Shown: positions 26,443 through 34,558 of the stretch, one piece after another
Layout: each line of letters starts with the position of its first letter
Numbering within the stretch: position 1 is the first letter of the stretch
Origin: Clostridia bacterium
GTDB lineage: Bacteria; Bacillota; Clostridia; Oscillospirales; CAG-272
Length of the DNA: 64,000 nt
Direction: 5' to 3'
NCBI GenBank assembly: GCA_017411745.1
Contig: JAFQPM010000016.1
Span: 19,120 to 83,119, forward strand
Translations under genes and position numbers: made by a program
The notes under the pieces: model-generated
Told to the model about the DNA's origin: nothing
Database searches by the model: none
The model's input: only the letters and a program-made list of their open reading frames with translations

Positions 26443-27155
26443 TATACCCCTCTTAATTGTGCATTTGGCACAAAAGGCAACAAAACGTTCAAAAAGTTTT
26501 CCATTTCGCTCTCATTATAGGAAGAAATTTCCTTTCCGATTATGTCGCCCGAGTCCTTAAATTGCTGCAAAAAATACTTCTCGTCGCCCTTGATCCATTC
26601 ACCGATCAAATAAAAATCTTCTTCGGTATGGAACGGCTTTGCAACCGTGGTTCTGAATTCAAAATCCACCTTCCCTTCCATCAGGTAATTTTTACTTTCA
26701 ATTATCGGAGCAAGGTCATAGTTCTCCGCAAGACCGACCGTATAGGCGTACTTTGCGGGGTGGTTTTTGATATCCATAGCAACGTAGTCTACGAGCTTAT
26801 CCTCGACCAATCTTCTTATCACCTCGGGGCGAGTTCCGTTTGTGTCGAGCTTTACCGCATAGCCGAGCGCCTTGACTTCTTTAATAAAGTCGTACAGCCC
26901 CGGCATAAGCGTCGGTTCTCCGCCCGTGATCGCAACTCCGTCTAGCACACCTGCTCTTTTTTTCAAAAATGCTAATATCTCGGCGTTTGAGTATGGCTTC
27001 TGCTCGTCGGCACGGACAACCAAAGATGCGTTATGGCAAAACGGACATTTGAAATTACAGCCTCTCGTAAAGAGCGTGCAGGCTACCTTACCCGGAAAAT
27101 CGAGGAGCGTGAGCTTTTGCAATCCTGCGATAATATTGTCCTTCATTTTTTTCAT
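26442..27155 (-). CDS. nrdG: Anaerobic ribonucleotide reductase activating protein NrdG (radical SAM)
   Basis: The CNFKCPFCHN radical-SAM cluster motif and GVAITGGEPTL are present. The ATG at 27155 overlaps the ABC ATPase stop (ATGA). The in-frame ATG at 27146 is better spaced from GAGGT and may be the true start. Confidence 0.93.
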   Translation of the reverse strand: MKKMKDNIIAGLQKLTLLDFPGKVACTLFTRGCNFKCPFCHNASLVVRADEQKPYSNAEILAFLKKRAGVLDGVAITGGEPTLMPGLYDFIKEVKALGYAVKLDTNGTRPEVIRRLVEDKLVDYVAMDIKNHPAKYAYTVGLAENYDLAPIIESKNYLMEGKVDFEFRTTVAKPFHTEEDFYLIGEWIKGDEKYFLQQFKDSGDIIGKEISSYNESEMENFLNVLLPFVPNAQLRGV

Positions 27156-27895
27156 ACCTCGTCGAAATTGATCTTGCGCGAAAGGAGATATCCGTTATCC
27201 ATTGTATATACGGTATCTGCACGCTTGGCTATCTTCATATCGTGTGTGACCATTACGAGCGTAAGTCCTATCTGTGCACGGGTTTCCAGCAACAGCTCAA
27301 GAACCTCGTCGGCGTTTTTACGGTCGAGATTTCCCGTCGGCTCGTCGGCAAACAAGATCTGCGGCATATTTATAAGCGCGCGAGCTATAGCAACTCTCTG
27401 CTGCTGTCCGCCCGAAAGCTCGCTTGGCAGATGGTGAAGTCTATCCGACAGACCAAGCATAGGAATGAGCTTTTTAAGGTGCTCCTCGTAGGAAAATTCG
27501 TCGCGGCGACACATCATTGTCGGCACGAGAATATTCTCATACGCGGTGAACTGCGGTATGAGGTTATGCTTTTGAAAAACAACGCCGATATTCATTCCGC
27601 GATAGCGATTGAGCTCGTCGGAGCCCATTTTCGTTATCTCTCTGCTTCTTATTTTTACAGATCCCGCGTTGGGTTTATCGAGACCTGCACATATATTCAT
27701 AAACGTACTTTTTCCCGAGCCTGAAGATCCGATTATTGCCACGAATTCACCCTCGTGCACCTTGATGCTTGCTCTGTTGACCGCGGTCACAACGTCATCA
27801 TACTGCTTGTACTGCTTTATGATGTCGGTAGCCTCCAGCATAATTCTGTTGGGATCTATGGTGTTAAGGTCAATGGCACTTGTTTTATTTTCCAT
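27152..27895 (-). CDS. ABC transporter ATP-binding protein (MacB/LolD/FtsE-like)
   Basis: Walker A GSSGSGKST, Q-loop, signature LSGGQQQRVAIARAL, Walker B ILFADEPTGNLD. Confidence 0.93.
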   Translation of the reverse strand: MENKTSAIDLNTIDPNRIMLEATDIIKQYKQYDDVVTAVNRASIKVHEGEFVAIIGSSGSGKSTFMNICAGLDKPNAGSVKIRSREITKMGSDELNRYRGMNIGVVFQKHNLIPQFTAYENILVPTMMCRRDEFSYEEHLKKLIPMLGLSDRLHHLPSELSGGQQQRVAIARALINMPQILFADEPTGNLDRKNADEVLELLLETRAQIGLTLVMVTHDMKIAKRADTVYTMDNGYLLSRKINFDEV

Positions 27896-27911
27896 AATTT
27901 AACTCCGTTTA

Positions 27912-30161
27912 TTATAACTCAATTTTCTGCTCTTCAAGCAGCTTGCTCTCTCTTTCAAGCTTCTTCTTGTAAAGAATGAAAGGAATTACGCTTGAAATAC
28001 ATCCGCAAAGTGCGGAAACGCCTGCGTATAGAAGTATAGTCGAGAATGGAACAAAACTATTGAAGGAAACGTTCATTCCAGGCACTCCGAGTCTTGGCAG
28101 CACGCTGGTAAATATCCTGTATATTCCATAACAGGTCAATCTGCTGAGTATGAGGTTTACAACAAAGCTTACAGCAAATATCAGAACACCAGAGACCGCA
28201 TGTATGCCTCCGATCTCCTTGATCGTTGCACCAATCGAGCCAAGCGTTCTGAACTCCGCTTCCCTCTTTTTATAGAACATCACCTGCGAGAAAATCCAAA
28301 CGACAGGAGATATCATAAGCACGAGGATAGAAAGCAGATAAAGAAGACCCGGAAGATTTACGCGGTTGTCTACTATGGAATATATGTCCTCGTTGGTATA
28401 TGCTACGCTCCAATCGGGATAGTTTTCCATTATGGTTTTAATTTCAGATCGAATATCAGAAACATTATCGAGATCGATGCCCGATTCCGAGAATATCTTA
28501 AGCTCTGTTATTGCGTGTTTATCGGTGGTTACGCCGTAATAAGTATCGGCGTTCATTCCTACGATGAAGCTATCGGTAGCATCGGTATCGTGGATGACCG
28601 CGCCGACGGTATATTCGGTATAAATAAAGGAACAATGGTAGATCTGCTGTGTAAGTATCTTATTGATATCGGACTGCGGGAGCATTTCGCTATCGGTCGA
28701 TACCCAATCGGCAACTACTACCGTGTCGCCCGGCTTAAAATCAAAGCTTTTAGTACCATAGAGTCCTTCGCTTATTATTATCATATTGTCATCTGCGAGA
28801 AGCTTTTGAGCATCGTACCCTGCAAGATACTCAACGTCGTAAAGAGATTCGTACATCTCAAGCTCAAGCGCATCAATGCAAACGTATTTGCAGCGGTTGG
28901 TTGCTCGATTATATCCCTTGACTTCATCAAGAGAGGCTACCGTCAAATTAGATCCGCCTACCTCGGTACCCGGAAGAATAAGCAAATGGTCCATTCTTAC
29001 GTCAAAGCTCTTGCTCTGCTCGAAGGTGATCTTATCGACGTGGTCGATATTTTCAAGCTTTTCAAGAAGCTCTTCCGCTTCCCAATTCGCCTTGTGGCGA
29101 TTTTCATCCAATATGGTGCTGAATTTATAAGTGAGGACTACCGATTCGTCGGGTGCTTCGTTCTCCGTTTTCAACATATTGGCGCAATATATTCCCGTAA
29201 CGAAGATGACCGAGAAGCAGACTGCTCCGAGGACAAGTCTTGCGACGTACTTTCTGAATCTCCACGTAGTGTAAGTCTCGTAATTGAGTGGCATTTTCTT
29301 TGCGAAGATATTGAAAGAACGGCGCGGAGAGGACACGAAATTGGAGTTGTCGGCGGTGGTTATAAGCGCTATCGGGGGCTTGATGAAAAGCGTTCCGAGG
29401 GATGAGCACGCTGCGACAAAAGCCGCAATAAAGGTCAATGCCGCGTAGAGCAAGAGCTGCAAAAGCGAGATCTTGACTGCAACTCCGCTATCTGCATATA
29501 CTGTCAAGGTCAAAAGATACGATATGATCGCGGACGGAATGAGTGTGATCAGATTTATCGTCAACAGCTCGTTCATAGCGATCTTACCGAGCATTTTTTT
29601 GTCGGCGCCGAAGGTCATATATATGCCGTATTGGAATTTATAGTGATTGGTTCGCACCGAGTAGATGACCGCGAGGATCAGAGTGCCTATAATAAAGGAT
29701 AGGGCTCCGATTATGACGGACGAGAGAAGTATCTCTCCGCGCAACTCGGTCCTATAGGTATATTTCGGGGTCACTTGGCATTGTACCGTTACGTTACTGA
29801 GATACTTCTCTGTAAACTCCTCCAGCGCTCCGCCCTTAAGGTTGACTCCTATGCTTTCCTTATTTCCTACGTAGCCAAAGCTAGTAAAGCAGGCTTTACT
29901 GCTTGAAAGATCGTAATTGAGGCGGTTCATAACCGTTGATATTCCCGTATTAGTTCCCGTTATAGTTACGTCGTATTTGTAATTTTCTTCGAACAGAGTG
30001 TCGTTGGCATTATAATTGGTGAACGCAGAGAAAGTCCAGATCCCGAAAAGGAGCTGGACTACTATTACTGCGGCATACAAGCCTATAAATTCCTTGTAAT
30101 TTATCAGGACGCTTTTTACCGAGCTTTTTATTGAATTCTTAAGCTTTCTTAAAAATTCCAA
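27912..30161 (-). CDS. FtsX-like ABC transporter permease (two FtsX modules, large extracytoplasmic domain)
   Basis: 749 aa with a TTG start 8 nt after AGAGG. The layout is a TM helix, an extracellular domain and a 3-TM bundle, occurring twice. This is typical of MacB-type fused permeases. Confidence 0.85.
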   Translation of the reverse strand: MEFLRKLKNSIKSSVKSVLINYKEFIGLYAAVIVVQLLFGIWTFSAFTNYNANDTLFEENYKYDVTITGTNTGISTVMNRLNYDLSSSKACFTSFGYVGNKESIGVNLKGGALEEFTEKYLSNVTVQCQVTPKYTYRTELRGEILLSSVIIGALSFIIGTLILAVIYSVRTNHYKFQYGIYMTFGADKKMLGKIAMNELLTINLITLIPSAIISYLLTLTVYADSGVAVKISLLQLLLYAALTFIAAFVAACSSLGTLFIKPPIALITTADNSNFVSSPRRSFNIFAKKMPLNYETYTTWRFRKYVARLVLGAVCFSVIFVTGIYCANMLKTENEAPDESVVLTYKFSTILDENRHKANWEAEELLEKLENIDHVDKITFEQSKSFDVRMDHLLILPGTEVGGSNLTVASLDEVKGYNRATNRCKYVCIDALELEMYESLYDVEYLAGYDAQKLLADDNMIIISEGLYGTKSFDFKPGDTVVVADWVSTDSEMLPQSDINKILTQQIYHCSFIYTEYTVGAVIHDTDATDSFIVGMNADTYYGVTTDKHAITELKIFSESGIDLDNVSDIRSEIKTIMENYPDWSVAYTNEDIYSIVDNRVNLPGLLYLLSILVLMISPVVWIFSQVMFYKKREAEFRTLGSIGATIKEIGGIHAVSGVLIFAVSFVVNLILSRLTCYGIYRIFTSVLPRLGVPGMNVSFNSFVPFSTILLYAGVSALCGCISSVIPFILYKKKLERESKLLEEQKIEL

Positions 30162-30178
30162 TTTGGATACCTCTCAAT

Positions 30179-30775
30179 TTATATGTAACTGCGCTGGATT
30201 GCCACCACTCTGCCGAGAATGAGCACCTCGTCGACTATTATCGGCTTCATAGTGCTGTTTTCGGGCTGAAGACGGTAATGACCGTCCTCGCGGAAAAATC
30301 TCTTGACAGTTGCTTCATTTTCAATAAGTGCAACCACGATCTCTCCGTTTTCGGCGTAGCAGGTCTTTTCGGCTATTACCATATCGCCGTCCATAATTCC
30401 GACCTCTATCATACTTTCGCCCTTTACCTTCAGAGCAAACATCTCCTCAGCAGAGGTTCTTCCGATATATCCGATATATCCGTCGAAATCCTCTTCGGCA
30501 AGGATAGGCTGGCCTGCGGTGACTGTGCCGAGCACGCGCACTGCAGATACCATAGGCATATCCTCGTTAATTACGCTTATAGCGCGGCTTTTTCCGTCTT
30601 CTTTACGTATATAGCCAAGCGTGTCGAGGCGGTTGAGGTACATATGAACGGTTGAGGTGCTCTTATATCCGAGATCAGCCATAATATCGCGCACGCTGGG
30701 CGCAAATCCGTTATTCTTTACCGAATTTACGATATAGTTATAAACTTTTTGTTCTTTCGGCTTGAGTTTTTCCAT
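30179..30775 (-). CDS. lexA: LexA repressor
   Basis: N-terminal wHTH (PSVRDIMADLGYKSTSTVHMYLNRL), Ala-Gly cleavage site VTAGQP, catalytic Ser in GESM and Lys in ATVKRF. Confidence 0.94.
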   Translation of the reverse strand: MEKLKPKEQKVYNYIVNSVKNNGFAPSVRDIMADLGYKSTSTVHMYLNRLDTLGYIRKEDGKSRAISVINEDMPMVSAVRVLGTVTAGQPILAEEDFDGYIGYIGRTSAEEMFALKVKGESMIEVGIMDGDMVIAEKTCYAENGEIVVALIENEATVKRFFREDGHYRLQPENSTMKPIIVDEVLILGRVVAIQRSYI

Positions 30776-31022
30776 TTTTACTCTCCTGTTGCTTAAAAAT
30801 ATAGCACAAATGTATCTTTTTATATTTTAACATATAATTCCCTGCTTGTAAATAGGGTTTTTGAAAAATTTTCGGGTTTTTGGCTATGGTTATTCATTTT
30901 GACATAAGAAGCTGCTAATATAATGTTACAAAATATGTTTTAAATGTTAAATTCCCTTTGTTTTCAGGAAAATATTAACAAATTGAAACTTTTGAAAACT
31001 TTTGAAAATAAATATTGCAATC

Positions 31023-31050
31023 TTGCAAAAAATATTGTAAAATGTATAAT
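31023..31050 (+). promoter_or_regulatory. Sigma-A promoter of pck
   Basis: TTGCAA (31023-31028), 16-nt spacer ending in TG, TATAAT (31045-31050). Confidence 0.6.
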
Positions 31051-31121
31051 GGAGGAGAAAAGGTCATCTTCTCTCTGACAAAGTTGTCTATAATGTTTTG
31101 AATATAAAAAGGAGAAAAATC

Positions 31122-32909
31122 ATGACACCTACAAACAACAAGCACGTACTTGATTGGATCAACGACATGGCTGCTATGACTCAGCCTGACAAGATCGTTT
31201 GGATCGACGGTAGCGAAGAACAGGCAGAGGCGCTCAGAGCCGAGGCTTGCTCCACCGGCGAGATGATCAAGCTCAATCAGGAAAAGCTCCCCGGTTGTTA
31301 CCTCCACCGCACCGCTGTTAACGACGTTGCGCGTGTTGAAGGCAGAACCTTTATCTGTACCTCCAAGAAAGAGGATGCAGGTAACATCAACAACTGGATG
31401 GATCCCACCGAATGCAAGGAGAAGCTCTCCAAACTCTACACCGGCTCTATGAAGGGTCGTACTATGTACGTTATCCCCTATTCGATGTCCGTTGTCGGAT
31501 CTCCCTTCGCTAAGTACGGTATCGAACTTACCGACTCTATCTACGTTGTTCTTAACATGCTTATCATGACCCGCGTTGGAAACGACGTTCTTGAGGCTCT
31601 CGGCGACAGCGCTGACTACATCAAGGGTCTTCACGCTCGCGCTGATATCGACGAGGAGAACAGATATATCGTTCACTTCCCTGAGGAAAACACCATCTGG
31701 TCGGTCAACTCCGGCTACGGCGGAAACGTTCTTCTCGGTAAGAAGTGCTTTGCTCTCCGTATCGCTTCCTTCCTTGGACGTAAGGAAGGCTGGATGGCTG
31801 AGCATATGCTCATCCTCGGCGTAGAATATCCCAATGGCGAGACCAAGTACGTTTGTGCTGCATTCCCCTCTGCTTGCGGTAAGACCAACCTCGCTATGCT
31901 TATTCCCCCCGAGTACTACTCCAAGCAGGGTTATAAGGTTTGGTGCGTAGGTGACGATATCGCTTGGCTCCGTGTCGGCGAGGACGGCAGACTCTGGGCA
32001 GTTAACCCCGAAAACGGTTTCTTCGGCGTTGCTCCCGGTACTAACATTAACTCCAACCCCAACGCTCTTTACACCACTATGAAGGACACCATCTTCACCA
32101 ACGTTGTTCACAACACTGCTGACAACACTGTTTGGTGGGAGGGTCTTGACAAGAATCCTCCTGCAGAGGCTATTGACTGGAAGGGTAATCCTTGGGACTT
32201 CAGAAAGTACGACAAGAAGGATAAGTCCACCTGTGGCGCTCATCCCAACTCCCGTTTCACTGCAAAGGCTATCAACTGTCCTTGCATCTCCTCTGAATTC
32301 TCCAATCCCGCAGGCGTTCCGATCTCCGCTATCGTATTCGGTGGCAGACGCGCAAAGACTGCTCCTCTGGTTTACCAGTCCACCTCCTGGCAGAACGGCG
32401 CATTCGTCGGTTCTATCATGGCTTCCGAGACTACTGCGGCTGCATCAGGTGCTGTCGGCGTAGTTCGTCGCGATCCTATGGCTATGAGACCCTTCGTAGG
32501 CTACGATATGGGTGACTACTGGGCACACTGGCTCAAGATGGGTACTACGATTCCCCACGCTCCCAAGATCTTCCATGTTAACTGGTTCCGTACCGACGAC
32601 GAAGGCAACTTTATCTGGCCCGGATTTGGCGATAATATGAGAGTTCTTATGTGGATCCTCGCTCGTTGCGAGGGCAAGGTTGACGCTGATATCACTCCTA
32701 TCGGTTACGTTCCCAAGGCTGAGGATATCTGCATTGACGGACTTAAGGATGTTACTCTCGACACCATCAAGGAGCTCCTTACCGTTGATAAGGCTTCCTG
32801 GCTCGAGGATGTTGAGAATATCAAGGCGTTCTACGCTCAGGTCGGCGACAGAGTTCCTCAGACTATGTACGACGAGCTTGCAGCTCTCGAGGCAAGACTT
32901 AAGGCGTAA
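31122..32909 (+). CDS. pck: Phosphoenolpyruvate carboxykinase (GTP)
   Basis: FPSACGKTN P-loop, GDDIAWL and the WEG block are present, and the length is typical. The start is set at the ATG at 31122, 6 nt after AAAGGAGAA (the listed ORF starts 24 nt earlier). Confidence 0.95.
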   Translation: MTPTNNKHVLDWINDMAAMTQPDKIVWIDGSEEQAEALRAEACSTGEMIKLNQEKLPGCYLHRTAVNDVARVEGRTFICTSKKEDAGNINNWMDPTECKEKLSKLYTGSMKGRTMYVIPYSMSVVGSPFAKYGIELTDSIYVVLNMLIMTRVGNDVLEALGDSADYIKGLHARADIDEENRYIVHFPEENTIWSVNSGYGGNVLLGKKCFALRIASFLGRKEGWMAEHMLILGVEYPNGETKYVCAAFPSACGKTNLAMLIPPEYYSKQGYKVWCVGDDIAWLRVGEDGRLWAVNPENGFFGVAPGTNINSNPNALYTTMKDTIFTNVVHNTADNTVWWEGLDKNPPAEAIDWKGNPWDFRKYDKKDKSTCGAHPNSRFTAKAINCPCISSEFSNPAGVPISAIVFGGRRAKTAPLVYQSTSWQNGAFVGSIMASETTAAASGAVGVVRRDPMAMRPFVGYDMGDYWAHWLKMGTTIPHAPKIFHVNWFRTDDEGNFIWPGFGDNMRVLMWILARCEGKVDADITPIGYVPKAEDICIDGLKDVTLDTIKELLTVDKASWLEDVENIKAFYAQVGDRVPQTMYDELAALEARLKA

Positions 32910-32925
32910 TTTAATTAATATATTT

Positions 32926-32965
32926 GCGAGGGGGAAAGCTTCTTGAAAGAAGTTTTCCCCCTCGC
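32926..32965 (+). terminator. Long hairpin after pck
   Basis: gcgagggggaaa (32926-32937) / tttccccctcgc (32954-32965), with the stem extended by cttctt/aagaag. No clear U-tract. Confidence 0.55.
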
Positions 32966-33120
32966 GCTCCCCCTTTCAAGAACTTCCCCGAAAAAAGAAA
33001 GGTTTTAATTAAAATATTTCTCTCGATTTCGAGTTTGATTCTTGACTCATACGGATTATTATGATATACTTGTCGTAGCGGTGATTCGCTGCGGCATTTT
33101 TGATTTATAGGAGAAATGAT

Positions 33121-34389
33121 ATGGAGCACAGAATACTTAAGAGATATCCCATTGGAAATCCTACGAGAAAGTGGAGACAAGATAATTTTGTTCTTTCCAA
33201 TTTCGCGGCGCGCGGAAGCAATATGAGAAAGGCTATCTACAACTGCGCAGAAGCAGGCTTCAACACGCTTGAGCTTGGTTGGGCATCGCACGAGCAGGCA
33301 GATGAGGCGGTCGCTCTTTGCGAGCAGATCGGCGTTGATCTTATATTCCAGGATTTCAGTCGCTTCGGCGGTATGCAATGCTATCGCACGGATGGAGTCA
33401 ATGACGATATGGAGGCAGTTGTCACAGAGCTGAGCAAGTGGAAGCGAGTTGCGGGATTTTACATCTGGGATGAGCCGTTGCTCGACGATCAGCTTGAGGC
33501 TTCGCGCGTTTTGGTCGATCTTACCGAGAAATTTGCTCCCGATAGACTTCCCTTTACCGTGGCTATCCCGAGCTACAACCTTGATTACACTTGGGATAAC
33601 GGGCTTTTTGCCGATTATCTTGAAAGATACGTCACTATAATCAATCCGCCCATTCTTTCGCTTGACTACTATCCCTTCGGTATTCCCGGGGATCAGGATG
33701 AGGTCGATCAATGCGATAAGTCGCGTATGTGGTGCGATCTCGGAATTCAAAAGCTTCTTTGCGACAAATATAATCTGCCGCTTTGGTTCTATTATCAGGG
33801 ACAGAATCTTCACGATGTCGACTTCTTTATCTTCCCGATGATCCGTTCGATGATGTATGCGGGCGCTCTTTACGGTGCAAAGGGTCTTCAGCATTTCACC
33901 GCGGTTGGTGCGGTCATCGACGCAGACGGCAACAAGGAAAAGTTCTTTGACGAGCAGAAAGCTATTCACGAGGAGTTCAGAAATCTCGGAGAGACGCTTA
34001 TGGCTTTGAGCTGCAAACGAGTTATACACGACGAGAGCGTTGTTCTCCGTTGCGAAATCGCCGACAAGTTGGCTAACAAGCTTGAAGAAAGCGCGTATCT
34101 CTCCGCACCTCTACCCTACAGAGTTTCGGTTTCCGAGTTTGAGGACGAATACGGCAACGGATATATGATGATACTCAATCGCGATTATATGAAGGCTACT
34201 GATGTGGAGCTTGCGCTTAACGAAAATTACAGACTGTACGAGGTCAGCAAGACCGACGGCTTACAGCACGTAATGAACGACAAGGCCGACAAGCTTTCGC
34301 TTTCGCTCGAACCCGGAGATGCGGCTTTAGTCCGACTTCAGAGCGCCGACGAGGAAGCGTTTACTATTGAATACAGACTTTCAAAATGA
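33121..34389 (+). CDS. Hypothetical cytoplasmic protein, TIM-barrel glycoside-hydrolase-like (tentative)
   Basis: ATG at 33121 after AGGAG, with its own terminator. Blocks FNTLELGW, GFYIWDEP and LSLDYYPF resemble (beta/alpha)8 glycosidase strand ends. No signal peptide. The 372-aa ORF on the opposite strand is judged spurious. Confidence 0.7.
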   Translation: MEHRILKRYPIGNPTRKWRQDNFVLSNFAARGSNMRKAIYNCAEAGFNTLELGWASHEQADEAVALCEQIGVDLIFQDFSRFGGMQCYRTDGVNDDMEAVVTELSKWKRVAGFYIWDEPLLDDQLEASRVLVDLTEKFAPDRLPFTVAIPSYNLDYTWDNGLFADYLERYVTIINPPILSLDYYPFGIPGDQDEVDQCDKSRMWCDLGIQKLLCDKYNLPLWFYYQGQNLHDVDFFIFPMIRSMMYAGALYGAKGLQHFTAVGAVIDADGNKEKFFDEQKAIHEEFRNLGETLMALSCKRVIHDESVVLRCEIADKLANKLEESAYLSAPLPYRVSVSEFEDEYGNGYMMILNRDYMKATDVELALNENYRLYEVSKTDGLQHVMNDKADKLSLSLEPGDAALVRLQSADEEAFTIEYRLSK

Positions 34390-34395
34390 ATTTTT

Positions 34396-34424
34396 AAAAA
34401 AGAGACCTTCGGGTCTCTTTTTCT
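34396..34424 (+). terminator. Intrinsic terminator
   Basis: aaaaagagacc / ggtctcttttt with a ttcg loop. Confidence 0.9.
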
Positions 34425-34470
34425 ATCCGTATTTTGTCAAGAATTTTACTGTTTTTCATAAGTTTTTTTC

Positions 34471-34499
34471 TTGACACCATCTCGTATTAATTGTATAAT
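34471..34499 (+). promoter_or_regulatory. Consensus sigma-A promoter of the rnf operon
   Basis: TTGACA (34471-34476), 17-nt spacer ending in TG, TATAAT (34494-34499). Confidence 0.7.
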
Positions 34500-34558
34500 A
34501 TAACTATATGATATCTACTATTATGACACCTTATTGGTGAAAACAAGGAAAGGATAGT

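Noticed and set aside
28200-29405. 401-aa plus-strand ORF. Similar cases are at 15918-16634, 52692-53495, 60216-60926, 62828-63490 and 13070-13852.
   Set aside because: All are antisense to well-supported genes (FtsX permease, typA, ecfA1, the ABC exporters and the giant lipoprotein). None has start-site signals.
30776-30900. Search for a LexA (SOS) box upstream of lexA.
   Set aside because: No GAAC-N4-GTTC-type palindrome is present. The nearest candidate (gatacatttgtgc, about 30805-30817) has three mismatches and poor symmetry. I found none upstream of ruvA or ruvC either. No operator is called.
30975-32243. 422-aa minus-strand ORF.
   Set aside because: It is antisense to GTP-dependent PEP carboxykinase and runs through the pck promoter. 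It has no RBS and is a shadow ORF.
32911-34029. 372-aa minus-strand ORF.
   Set aside because: It overlaps the pck terminator hairpin and lies antisense to the 33121-34389 ORF. That plus-strand ORF has an AGGAG RBS, its own terminator and a globular-protein-like composition. I therefore prefer the plus-strand gene, though with less certainty than for the other shadow ORFs.
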